From Synergistales bacterium (GTDB lineage: Bacteria > Synergistota > Synergistia > Synergistales > JAFGMB01): a stretch of DNA of 64,000 nt. Under the pieces are notes generated by a model. That model was not told where the DNA came from, ran no database searches, and was given only the letters and a program-made list of their open reading frames with translations. Both the position numbers and the translations under genes were made by a program. How positions within the stretch are numbered: the stretch's first letter is position 1; the number at the start of each line of letters is the position of its first letter. The stretch spans positions 1,184,001-1,248,000 of the forward strand of contig OY762654.1 in NCBI GenBank assembly GCA_963666205.1. The letters are read 5' to 3'. This document shows, one piece after another, positions 1 to 8,678 of this stretch.

Positions 1-112
1 TAATAACAACAACAAGAAAAAAGAAAATGACGCTTATTATCCTCCATCGTAATTCTTCCAGATGCCCTATAAAGGTCAGGTCAGTTTCTTTCTCCGGAAA
101 AAGGAACTTCAT
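1..112 (-). CDS. tatC: Twin-arginine translocase subunit TatC, 5' part (runs off the window)
   Basis: Not in the ORF track. Read by hand as [37 protein letters not shown]; HLEELRxR is the TatC N-terminal motif. The ATG overlaps the tatA stop (ATGA). Confidence 0.9.
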   Translation of the reverse strand, partial: MKFLFPEKETDLTFIGHLEELRWRIISVIFFFLVVVI

Positions 113-291
113 TCTTCATCCTTGTCCCTGGCACCATTGGATTCTTCATCAGTTTCTCCTGTCTCCAGCCCTTTTTTGAATTCTTTGAGGGCACTACCCG
201 TAGCTCTTCCGATCTCGGGCAATCTCTTTGCACCAAAGAGCAGAAGGGCGAGAACAAGAAGAAGTATCACTTCACCCATACCTATATTCAT
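109..291 (-). CDS. tatA: Twin-arginine translocase subunit TatA/E
   Basis: [43 protein letters not shown] helix, FG hinge and amphipathic helix. AAGGAGG RBS before the ATG at 291. Confidence 0.93.
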   Translation of the reverse strand: MNIGMGEVILLLVLALLLFGAKRLPEIGRATGSALKEFKKGLETGETDEESNGARDKDEE

Positions 292-315
292 TTCAAGTCC
301 TCCTTTCGACAGCAT

Positions 316-1863
316 TTAAAATGGGAAATCATCCTCTTCAGGAATTCCAGGGTATGTATTTTGAATCTGGTCCTGCCGTATTTCAGCTCGGCCATGATCC
401 TTCAGCGGAGAAATAATTATCGCTTTTTCCGGCAGTGCCGGGCATACATTTTCACAGGCACCGCAACCTATACAAAAGGCCGTATCCACTTCAGGACCAT
501 AGAGATCATTCCTGACAGGGATCATGTATACCGCTCCGGTCGGGCAATGCTCTGCACAGGCACCACAAGCGGTCTCCTGGATATGGACAATACACCTTTC
601 AGGGGAAAAAACAGCGTTCCCCAGTCGGGTTACCTTTTTTACATCAAGGGAAAGAGGGACAAGGGCATCGGTGGGACATACCTGAGTACATATATTACAT
701 TCAAAAAGGCAGAAACTCCTGGAATAATCGAGATTGGGAATAAACATTCTCCTCAGGTCTTTTGTTTCAGATCCTGGGACGATGACTTTCATGGGGCATT
801 TGACGACACAGAGCTGACAACCCGTACATTTCTGGAGAAGTCTGTCCAGAGATACTGCTCCCGGAGGAATTACGGGGGAAATATCCGATCCCGTATCTCT
901 GTCTGGAAAGATCAGTGAAATAATTGAATGTCTCTTACCAAAAACTGCAAGGAGCGCCGTCCATAGGAAAACATAAATCCAGGATATAAAGGCTCTTCTC
1001 GATGAACTGACCTCCTTTGATACTATTCCATAAGAAATAGCTTTTACAGGACAACTGTCAATACAGTTAAAACAGCTGACACATCTCCGGCAATCTATCT
1101 CCTTGCGATCACTTGAAATACAATCTGCTTTACAGAACTTTTCACAGTTCCCGCAACTGGTGCATTTTGCCGGGTCAATATAGAATCCAGCCAGGCTTTT
1201 ACTGGAAAGAAGCCCCAGAAAGATACCTACGGGACAAAAGGAATTACAGTATAAACGCCCTCTCCACCCTGTCAGAAATAACAGGATCCCAAGAGAGAGA
1301 AAAGATAAAAACAAAACTCCCACAGTAGTTTTATGTACAGACACAGGAGTAAGTACATAAAACCCTGAATGTTGAAATATGGAAGTGAGGAGATTCCGGA
1401 TACGGACAACTATGGGGAAAGCCAGATTTATCATCATTCTGCCGAAAATACTGTATGGATCCAGGGCATAAACAAGTACCCTGGTTCCTGCAAGAATGGA
1501 AATGAAAAACAGAAACATTATGAAAAGATTTATAAAGGAAAGAATTCTCTTCTCCCTGAGGGAGAGATGTCTAGTACCCGGATATTTTTTCAGGCTGAAA
1601 ATAAAAATATCCTGAAGTATCCCCAAAGGACAAAAGAAAGAACAGTACAATCTTCCAAATATCAGGGTAAGAGCGACAAGACCCATAAAACCAAGAGACA
1701 GAACTCCTGTTCTGACAAGGAGAGGATAGAACTGGAGATCGAGAACAGGATTCATCACCCGGACAAGCTGTGTACCCTGCCCTCCGATATATATCAAGCA
1801 GAACAGCATTACAAAAGAAGCAACGGCAATTCTGATATTCTTGTGCAACTTCAGAAACCTCAC
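316..1863 (-). CDS. Polytopic membrane polyferredoxin (NapH/MauN-like membrane part, NapG-like C-terminal 4Fe-4S domains)
   Basis: GRLYCSFFCP and GRLYCNSFCP motifs, several CxxCxxCxxxCP motifs, multiple TM helices, internal SRRAFI motif. Confidence 0.85.
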   Translation of the reverse strand: MRFLKLHKNIRIAVASFVMLFCLIYIGGQGTQLVRVMNPVLDLQFYPLLVRTGVLSLGFMGLVALTLIFGRLYCSFFCPLGILQDIFIFSLKKYPGTRHLSLREKRILSFINLFIMFLFFISILAGTRVLVYALDPYSIFGRMMINLAFPIVVRIRNLLTSIFQHSGFYVLTPVSVHKTTVGVLFLSFLSLGILLFLTGWRGRLYCNSFCPVGIFLGLLSSKSLAGFYIDPAKCTSCGNCEKFCKADCISSDRKEIDCRRCVSCFNCIDSCPVKAISYGIVSKEVSSSRRAFISWIYVFLWTALLAVFGKRHSIISLIFPDRDTGSDISPVIPPGAVSLDRLLQKCTGCQLCVVKCPMKVIVPGSETKDLRRMFIPNLDYSRSFCLFECNICTQVCPTDALVPLSLDVKKVTRLGNAVFSPERCIVHIQETACGACAEHCPTGAVYMIPVRNDLYGPEVDTAFCIGCGACENVCPALPEKAIIISPLKDHGRAEIRQDQIQNTYPGIPEEDDFPF

Positions 1864-2786
1864 ATTATGATCTTTTTAATGGTCAGGTTCGAAAGATCCA
1901 TATTCCCAAGGTTGTTTTCGTAGGCATATCTGATGTATTTCACCTTTTCGGGATCCATTCCGTACACCATGGAAGCAGCCGTGTCAACTGCAACGATATC
2001 ACTGGATATGATAAGGTTCTTCATGTTGACAACATCTTCAATGGAACGTCCCCTGGGACCATTTCTAGTTATGACCCTGTAGGCATCTACTATGTTAAGA
2101 TCCGGTTCTCTGAAAAGACAGAAATCGGCAATACACTGGTTCAAACCCTTCAGGTGATAGGCCTGCCTGTCCCACACAACTCCCATAAGATTCTTCATTG
2201 CAATTGAAAGTCCTGTGGAAGAATGGTGTTTAAGTACAGGGATGTTGATGAAAAAATGAGCCTCCATAAGAACTTCATGAACGAGTACATTTTTCAGTAT
2301 TTTTCCATTCGGGATATCTACATTTACATAATATTGACTTCGGTTGGAGGGAACCATGATCCCTCCGGCATCCCGAACTGCCTCTTCAATTCCGCTCATG
2401 CTATAACATGTCTGCCAATTACTGCAGGTATGGTCGAAAACGTAGACTTTACGGGCACCTGCCTCAATACATCTCCTGACCACCCTGGCTACAAGAAAAG
2501 GATTGGTATTCCCGGCTCTTTCAGGAGAAAGATCCCATGAAACGTTGGGTTTGACTGCCACTATATCCCCCTTTGAAATAAATCTTTCCATTCCCCCATA
2601 AAAACTCATGGCCCTGTCAAACATTTCACCAGGTTCCCCTCCCTTGACTGCTACAAGGTCGGGAAAAGGAGCTCCTTGATGAACAGATTCACTACCCCCT
2701 GAAGTTTTCAGAGAGGAAGGAAGGAACATGTATCCAAGACCTAATCCCATTGCAAATGTTTTTTTTAAAAAGTCTCTCCTTTTCAT
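1860..2786 (-). CDS. Tat-exported DUF362-family protein
   Basis: Tat signal MKRRDFLKK; VKPN, NTNP, IPVLKHH and AMKNLMG motifs typical of DUF362. Confidence 0.85.
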   Translation of the reverse strand: MKRRDFLKKTFAMGLGLGYMFLPSSLKTSGGSESVHQGAPFPDLVAVKGGEPGEMFDRAMSFYGGMERFISKGDIVAVKPNVSWDLSPERAGNTNPFLVARVVRRCIEAGARKVYVFDHTCSNWQTCYSMSGIEEAVRDAGGIMVPSNRSQYYVNVDIPNGKILKNVLVHEVLMEAHFFINIPVLKHHSSTGLSIAMKNLMGVVWDRQAYHLKGLNQCIADFCLFREPDLNIVDAYRVITRNGPRGRSIEDVVNMKNLIISSDIVAVDTAASMVYGMDPEKVKYIRYAYENNLGNMDLSNLTIKKIIM

Positions 2787-3155
2787 GGTCTATCACTCCC
2801 CAAAAAGAGTCTCGGAAGATCATCACAAGTTATCCGTTGTGATGCAGATCAGGAGCATAGGGAAACAATCTGAAAAGAAAACGGAAATTATGTATCAAGG
2901 AGTCAGATCATTATTCAGATAGTCAGCGATTTATATATATAGTATCATTTTAAGGTAGAATGTTAAACAGATATTGGCATAGACATAAGGTCAGGGTTAG
3001 GCAGAGCCTACATACTCTTTACAGTATTTCCAGGTCATGAATATCTTATTTCGAAAACAGAAAAGATCGTTTATAAAAGATAAAAGCTTTGAAAAGGTAA
3101 CTTTTATCAAAGATAGTAATATTTATGCAAATAAGTTGATAAAGAGGTCAATAAA

Positions 3156-3899
3156 ATGGAATATACTGTTGAATTCCACGGGACTCTTGTGTTTTTTACC
3201 GGGTCGGCTATGGAGAAGCATATTCTTTCCAGGACTGCCCCCATGAAAGATATAGTAGAGGCTGTGGGTGTTCCTCATACAGAGATCGGAATGATAACAT
3301 CCCTGGGAACATCAAAAGACCTCTGGTATATACCTGAGGATAAAGACCGGATCCACGTTTATCCCGTTGAACCTCCATTGAACGTCACTATCCCTACACT
3401 TCTGAGGCCAGACCCCTTCCCCCGGGTAAGGTTTATTGCCGATGTAAACGTGGGTAAACTTGCAAAACTCATGAGGCTCATCGGCTTTGACACAGCATAT
3501 GAAAATAGATGGTCCGATTCTTATATCGCGGAGAAAGCATTTGAGGAACAGCGAATAGTCCTGACAAAGGATCGGGATCTCCTGAAAAGAAAGATAATCA
3601 GTTACGGAAGGCTTGTACGATCCATAAAACCCTGGGATCAGCTGGCAGAAATAGTACATTTCTTCGGTCTTGAGAAGAGGATATCACCTTTCAGGTTATG
3701 TACTCTGTGCAACAGAACCCTTGTAAGGGTCAGAAAAGAAGAGGTCATCCAGGAACTGGAACCTCTGACCAGGATCTTCTTCAACGAATTTACAAGATGC
3801 CCACAGTGTGGAAAAATCTACTGGGGTGGAACCCACCACGAAAGGATCCTTGAAGGGATAAGATCTCTGGAAAAGGGATCACATCCTCAAGGAAATTAA
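3156..3899 (+). CDS. Ub-Mut7C protein (ubiquitin-like domain plus Mut7-C PIN-like RNase with Zn ribbon)
   Basis: KDIVEAVGVPHTEI; FIADVNVGKLAKLMRLIGFD; LTKDRDL; CxxC and CPQCGKIYWGGTH. Confidence 0.88.
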   Translation: MEYTVEFHGTLVFFTGSAMEKHILSRTAPMKDIVEAVGVPHTEIGMITSLGTSKDLWYIPEDKDRIHVYPVEPPLNVTIPTLLRPDPFPRVRFIADVNVGKLAKLMRLIGFDTAYENRWSDSYIAEKAFEEQRIVLTKDRDLLKRKIISYGRLVRSIKPWDQLAEIVHFFGLEKRISPFRLCTLCNRTLVRVRKEEVIQELEPLTRIFFNEFTRCPQCGKIYWGGTHHERILEGIRSLEKGSHPQGN

Positions 3900-3971
3900 A
3901 AGGATGCGGGAATGCTCCCCCTTGAAGCTATTTTATGAATCCGGCACCAGAAATAAATATTTTTGCCGGGG

Positions 3972-4000
3972 TTGACATATAAGGAAATCCACAATACAAT
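3972..4000 (+). promoter_or_regulatory. Sigma70-type promoter for the ILV-leader transcript
   Basis: TTGACA (3972-3977), 17 nt, TACAAT (3995-4000). Confidence 0.8.
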
Positions 4001-4044
4001 GTGACGCAATCTTTATACAATTCAGACACAAAGGAGGGTTCGAA

Positions 4045-4143
4045 ATGATGCTGATGAAAAATGTAGTTCTAAAGTCTCTAGTTTCCATAATTATAGTCCT
4101 AATTATTAGCAGCGGATCCCCTCCTGGTGTGATCGGTATTTAA
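4045..4143 (+). CDS. Ile/Val/Leu-rich attenuator leader peptide (32 aa)
   Basis: AAGGAGG RBS; MMLMKNVVLKSLVSIIIVLIISSGSPPGVIGI*; run of I/V/L codons including ATA and CTA; followed by an antiterminator/terminator pair. Confidence 0.8.
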   Translation: MMLMKNVVLKSLVSIIIVLIISSGSPPGVIGI

Positions 4144-4202
4144 TTACCTTTACACAGAAACCAGGGCCGGGATTCGCTTTAAGCGTTTCCCGGCCTTTTT
4201 TT
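4111..4202 (+). terminator. Attenuator: antiterminator (4111-4128 with 4160-4178) competing with an intrinsic terminator (4165-4202)
   Basis: GGCCGGGA...TCCCGGCC followed by T7. The left arm can instead pair with AGCGGATCCCCTCCTGGT inside the leader ORF. Confidence 0.8.
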
Positions 4203-4306
4203 GTCTTTAATCAACCATCAACGGGAAATAGCGCGAGTATCGCTTGAGGATACAAAATGGGAAAACACTTTTAATATCTGTTCAATTAAGAAGGGAGATA
4301 AGGATT

Positions 4307-4447
4307 ATGGCCAAAATGGAAAAAATGGAAAACAGGCAGTCAGAAAAGATGATGAGGGTTTACGAAGCTATGGACTCATTTGAAATGTTCAATTCAGAGG
4401 GAATTCTGGAAGTCCGCTGGAGGGGCCCTTTTGAAGGGTATCGTTAG
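4307..4447 (+). CDS. Small hypothetical protein (46 aa), first ORF after the ILV attenuator
   Basis: GGAG/AGGA RBS; MAKMEKMENRQSEKMMRVYEAMDSFEMFNSEGILEVRWRGPFEGYR; no family recognised. Confidence 0.45.
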   Translation: MAKMEKMENRQSEKMMRVYEAMDSFEMFNSEGILEVRWRGPFEGYR

Positions 4448-4474
4448 TAAACCTCTTAACCAGGCTGAACGAAG

Positions 4475-5278
4475 ATGACAAATGAGGAGAAGCGAGAGAG
4501 GGAGCTTTCCGCGAGAGTAAATGAGGCGGTTGAAACCCTTTATTCAGCGTCTGTGAGTGGCATCGGGCTGGACAAAGATACTGCAGAGAGAATGAGTTTT
4601 GAACTGGAAACCGGATACCTTGTACAGGAACTTGTGACAAGCAGAAAGATCACCCATAAGAAGGAACATGTAAGGGGATACAAGATCAGCCTGACCAGTG
4701 CCGAAACCCAGGGCTGGTTCGGAGCAGATGAGCCTGCTTACGGGACATTAACAGACTCCAACATGTCAGACGGTGTCATAACACTGTCTGACATGTCGGA
4801 ACCGCTTATAGAAACCGAGCTGATGTTCTTTATTGAGGAAGACATACATCATCCTGTGGCTGACGAAGACCTGCCTGGTATGATTTCCGCAGCAGCAGGT
4901 CTCGAAATACCCGATTCACGCTTTCTGGACTGGTTCCCCAAACTTTCCCTAGGAACGATAGCTGCAGATAATGCCGTAGCAGGAAGGATAGTAACAGGGA
5001 AAGAAAGAAAGAAACTGTCATACGAAGAACTTGGTAATATCGATCTGAAACTGTTCCTGAATGATAAGGAAATTGCAGAGGGTCATTCTTCAGAAGTCCT
5101 TGGAAATCCCCTGGAGGCTGTCAAATGGCTTGTCAGGAAACTTCACGAAAAAGGTAAGTTTCTAAGCAAAGGAATGATCATATCTTCTGGCACTTTAGTT
5201 CTGCCCCTGCCCCTGCAAAGGGGAACATACAGGGCCTCTTACAGCATCCTGGGAGATGTTTCTTTAAAAGTCCTTTAA
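4475..5278 (+). CDS. 2-keto-4-pentenoate hydratase-like protein (FAH superfamily, MhpD-like)
   Basis: GYKISLTS, EPAYG, IETEL, LEIPDSRF, ADNA, VLGNP and ISSGT motifs. Confidence 0.85.
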   Translation: MTNEEKRERELSARVNEAVETLYSASVSGIGLDKDTAERMSFELETGYLVQELVTSRKITHKKEHVRGYKISLTSAETQGWFGADEPAYGTLTDSNMSDGVITLSDMSEPLIETELMFFIEEDIHHPVADEDLPGMISAAAGLEIPDSRFLDWFPKLSLGTIAADNAVAGRIVTGKERKKLSYEELGNIDLKLFLNDKEIAEGHSSEVLGNPLEAVKWLVRKLHEKGKFLSKGMIISSGTLVLPLPLQRGTYRASYSILGDVSLKVL

Positions 5279-5381
5279 ACACAGCATCAGCAGTATTTCA
5301 ATAATGATAAACAATCAGCAGGCTTTGTCAGGTGAATATTCCATATAGCCATATGCTGAACAGAGAATTGAACAAATATTC

Positions 5382-5410
5382 TTGACAGGTCACTAATATC
5401 ATTGTACTAT
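5382..5410 (+). promoter_or_regulatory. Sigma70-type promoter of the leu operon
   Basis: TTGACA (5382-5387), 17 nt, TACTAT (5405-5410). Confidence 0.8.
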
Positions 5411-5456
5411 CTCGACAATTTACTACTTGAGAGAATAGGAAAAAGGAGGTGCCGCC

Positions 5457-5546
5457 GTGAAATGTAATATCAGTACTGTTGTTTATTCCTTCAATCTACT
5501 AGGACTACTTGATCACTGCGGGTCTCCTCCCCGGAGTTGCAGGTAG
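5457..5546 (+). CDS. leu operon leader peptide (29 aa, LeuL analogue)
   Basis: AAGGAGGT RBS, GTG start; MKCNISTVVYSFNLLGLLDHCGSPPRSCR*; control codons CTA CTA GGA CTA CTT. Confidence 0.85.
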   Translation: MKCNISTVVYSFNLLGLLDHCGSPPRSCR

Positions 5547-5605
5547 TCTTTGGCTGCCTAATTCCAGGGCCGGAACCCCTTAAACGGGATTCCGGCCCTT
5601 TTTTT
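5520..5605 (+). terminator. leu attenuator: antiterminator (5520-5546 with 5554-5578) and terminator (5566-5605)
   Basis: AGGGCCGGAA...TTCCGGCCCT followed by a T-run; mutually exclusive pairing with the 3' half of the leader ORF. Confidence 0.85.
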
Positions 5606-5684
5606 ATTTTTGCCCGGGTAAATACGGTTTTACCCGGATCAGAGACAAACATTCTGAAAGACATTTTAAAAAGGGAGTGACACA

Positions 5685-6950
5685 ATGGGAAAAACGCTTG
5701 CACAGGCAATAATTGAAGCACATTCAGAAGACAGGGCTGATATAGGTAATATCTGCCAGGTGAGGGTGGATTTCGCTTTCGCCAATGATATAACAGCCCC
5801 GCCAGCTATAAGATCCTTCCGTGATATGGGTGCAGAAAAGGTATTTGACAGGGAAAGATGTGCTATCCTTCCAGATCATTTCACCCCAAACAAGGACATA
5901 GCATCGGCACAGCAGGCAATGGAAGGGCGGAAATTCGCCAGGGAACAGCAGATGCTTTACTGGGAAGTGGGAAGGGTCGGGGTGGAACATGCCTTCCTTC
6001 CTGAAAAGGGCTACATCCTTCCTGGAGATATCGTTATGGGAGCAGACAGCCACACATGTACCGGCGGAACCCTCGGGGCCTTTTCCACAGGGGTAGGTTC
6101 CACTGACCTCGCCGCTGTATGGGCAACGGGAGAAAGCTGGCTCATGGTACCTCCGACCATCAAGGTCGTTTTCCAGGGGGAAAGACCGGAATGGATAACA
6201 GGCAAAGACATGGTACTCGCTCTTCTGGGAAAGATCGGGGTTCAGGGTGCCCGTTACAAGGCTCTTGAGTTCCATGGAGAAGCCCTTGGAAACCTTCCCC
6301 TGGATGACAGATTCTCCATCTCGAATATGGCCGTAGAGACCGGTGCCAAGACTGGACTTTTTGTTCCGGATGCAACGATCCTGGCCTATGCTGAGAAGAG
6401 AGCTTCCCGAAGCTTCAACCCCGTTTATCCTGACCGGGACGCCCAATATGAGCAGATCGTGGAAATAGATGTCCAGAGTATGGAACCTCTGGTTGCAGCA
6501 CCTCACTTACCATCAAATGTCCATCGGGCTAAAGAATTTTCAAAGGTCGAGATAGACCAGGTCTTTATAGGGTCATGTACCAACGGAAGACTGAGGGATA
6601 TAGAAATGGCTGCCAGTATTCTTAAGGGACGGAAGATCCATGACCGGGTCAGATGCATGATAATACCAGCCTCATATGAAGTCTATACGGAAGCGATGAA
6701 GAGAGGATACCTCGAGATCTTCACATCCGCTGGCGCTTCCATATGTACACCCACCTGCGGCCCATGCCTTGGGGGACATATGGGTATTCTGGCTGCGGGA
6801 GAAAAATGTGTTTCCACAAGTAACCGTAATTTCATAGGAAGAATGGGGCATACGGAAAGCGAAGTCTACCTTTCAAGCCCCCTTGTCGCTGCAGCAAGCG
6901 CAGTAACAGGACATATAACCGATCCGAGAGAAATGGAGGAACAGGAATGA
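5685..6950 (+). CDS. leuC: 3-isopropylmalate dehydratase large subunit
   Basis: DHFTP, GADSHTCT, IGSCTNGR, CGPCLG and STSNRNF aconitase-family motifs; operon context. Confidence 0.95.
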   Translation: MGKTLAQAIIEAHSEDRADIGNICQVRVDFAFANDITAPPAIRSFRDMGAEKVFDRERCAILPDHFTPNKDIASAQQAMEGRKFAREQQMLYWEVGRVGVEHAFLPEKGYILPGDIVMGADSHTCTGGTLGAFSTGVGSTDLAAVWATGESWLMVPPTIKVVFQGERPEWITGKDMVLALLGKIGVQGARYKALEFHGEALGNLPLDDRFSISNMAVETGAKTGLFVPDATILAYAEKRASRSFNPVYPDRDAQYEQIVEIDVQSMEPLVAAPHLPSNVHRAKEFSKVEIDQVFIGSCTNGRLRDIEMAASILKGRKIHDRVRCMIIPASYEVYTEAMKRGYLEIFTSAGASICTPTCGPCLGGHMGILAAGEKCVSTSNRNFIGRMGHTESEVYLSSPLVAAASAVTGHITDPREMEEQE

Positions 6951-7459
6951 ACCGTATGATCAGAGGTAGAGCATGGACCTTCGGAAATGATATAGACACC
7001 GATGTTATCATCCCTGCCAGATATCTTGTAACCAACGATGAAAAAGAACTGGGGAAGCATTGCATGGAAGATATAGACCCCGATTTCACGAAGAAGATCA
7101 GTAACGGTGATCTGATTGTGGGAGGGGAGAATTTCGGATGCGGATCCAGCCGTGAACATGCTCCCATAGCCTTCAAGGGGGCAGGAATATCCTGTGTTAT
7201 AGCTTCATCCTTTGCCAGGATCTTTTTCCGGAATGCCATTAACATCGGTCTGCCCATTTTTGTATGCCCTGAGGCAGCAAGGGATATCATCCAGGGAGAT
7301 ATTATCTCGGTTGATCCTTCAGAGGGAACTATTACCAATGAAACAAGGGACAGGGTATACTCCACTTCTCCCTTTCCACCCTTTCTCCAGCAGCTTATCG
7401 CGACTGGCGGATTGACCGCATACGTCAGAGAAAAAATACAGCCCAAGGGAAAGGACTGA
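6947..7459 (+). CDS. leuD: 3-isopropylmalate dehydratase small subunit
   Basis: DIDTDVIIPARYL, NFGCGSSREHA, SFARIFFRNAINIGL. Confidence 0.95.
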   Translation: MNRMIRGRAWTFGNDIDTDVIIPARYLVTNDEKELGKHCMEDIDPDFTKKISNGDLIVGGENFGCGSSREHAPIAFKGAGISCVIASSFARIFFRNAINIGLPIFVCPEAARDIIQGDIISVDPSEGTITNETRDRVYSTSPFPPFLQQLIATGGLTAYVREKIQPKGKD

Positions 7460-7463
7460 TCTG

Positions 7464-8597
7464 ATGATATCCCCTGGGAAATACAAGATAGCCCAGATCG
7501 CAGGAGATGGAATAGGCCCTGAAGTAATAGGGGAAGCCAGGAAAATAGCAGACCACTCAGGGAAGAAAAACGGCTTTGAGATCGAATGGAAAGACTATCC
7601 CTTCGGAGCCTCTCACTATCTGAAAACCGGAGAGATACTTCCCGAAACAGCCATAAAGGAAATGGAAGAGATGGATGCCATTCTTCTCGGTGCCATAGGA
7701 GATCCAAGGGTCAAGCCGGGAATCCTGGAAAGGGGAATTCTACTGACCCTCCGATTTCATTTTGACATGTACACGAACCTCAGGCCTGCAAAGAAATACC
7801 CGAGAGTTCCTCTTCCGATCAGGGTACCCGAAGAAAAGGAGCTTGATATCCTTGTGGTCAGGGAAAACACTGAGGATCTTTATATGGGAATGGGTTCCGC
7901 TTCAGATGGGCCGATAAGCTATGAAATGAACGTAAAGAGAGGACTCTACGAGCTTTCAGGTAAACTGGACATTAAACTTACACCCTCCACTCCTTCAGCT
8001 GTTCAGCTTGGAATAGCCAGCGAAAAAGGTGTAAGGAGGATAACGGCAAGGGCATGCAGGGAAGCGGATTCCAGGGGACTGCGGACTTTTACCCTGGCCT
8101 CCAAATCAAACGCAATGCCCCAGCTTTATGGTTTCTGGGAAGAAGTGGCCGCAGATGAGGCTGAAAAACACGGAATTGAAATGAAGATGGTGAACGTAGA
8201 TGCCCTCTGCTATCACCTCGTAAGAAATCCCTGGGAATACGGCGTTATATTGTGCCCCAATTTATTCGGAGATATCGTCAGCGATCTTCTTGCAGGATTG
8301 ACAGGGGGACTTGGAGTCGCCGCTGGAGCCAATATAGGTGACAGAATGGGAATGTATGAACCTATTCATGGTTCAGCCCCTGATATTGCAGGCAAAGGAA
8401 TGGCAAATCCTGTTGCTGCCATTCTTTCAGCATCCCTGATGCTCTCTTCAATTGGAGAAAACAAAGCCGCAGAGGATATCGAAAGTGCCGTATCAGACTA
8501 CCTCCAGGAATCCGATGACGAAGACCTGCCGGTAGAAATGGGAGGCAATGCCACTCCTGAAAAAGCCGGCCAGTTAATCCTGGAGAGGATCATTTGA
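7464..8597 (+). CDS. leuB: 3-isopropylmalate dehydrogenase
   Basis: GDGIGPEV, VRENTED, NLFGDIVSD, EPIHGSAPDIAG; leu operon context. Confidence 0.88.
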   Translation: MISPGKYKIAQIAGDGIGPEVIGEARKIADHSGKKNGFEIEWKDYPFGASHYLKTGEILPETAIKEMEEMDAILLGAIGDPRVKPGILERGILLTLRFHFDMYTNLRPAKKYPRVPLPIRVPEEKELDILVVRENTEDLYMGMGSASDGPISYEMNVKRGLYELSGKLDIKLTPSTPSAVQLGIASEKGVRRITARACREADSRGLRTFTLASKSNAMPQLYGFWEEVAADEAEKHGIEMKMVNVDALCYHLVRNPWEYGVILCPNLFGDIVSDLLAGLTGGLGVAAGANIGDRMGMYEPIHGSAPDIAGKGMANPVAAILSASLMLSSIGENKAAEDIESAVSDYLQESDDEDLPVEMGGNATPEKAGQLILERII

Positions 8598-8678
8598 CAA
8601 TCAGCAAAGAAGAATAACATTTCTGGTAACAACAGGTAAAAGGGGATCGTTTTCATCAGAAGGAAAGGGGAAGTAGCT

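Noticed and set aside
3972-5684. T-box or metabolite riboswitch upstream of the leu genes
   Set aside because: No T-box consensus (TGGNACCGCG) was seen; the leader ORFs and alternative stems explain the region.
5724-7707. Long antisense ORFs over leuC, leuD and leuB (and similar ones elsewhere)
   Set aside because: They lie opposite well-supported genes and have no recognisable motifs.
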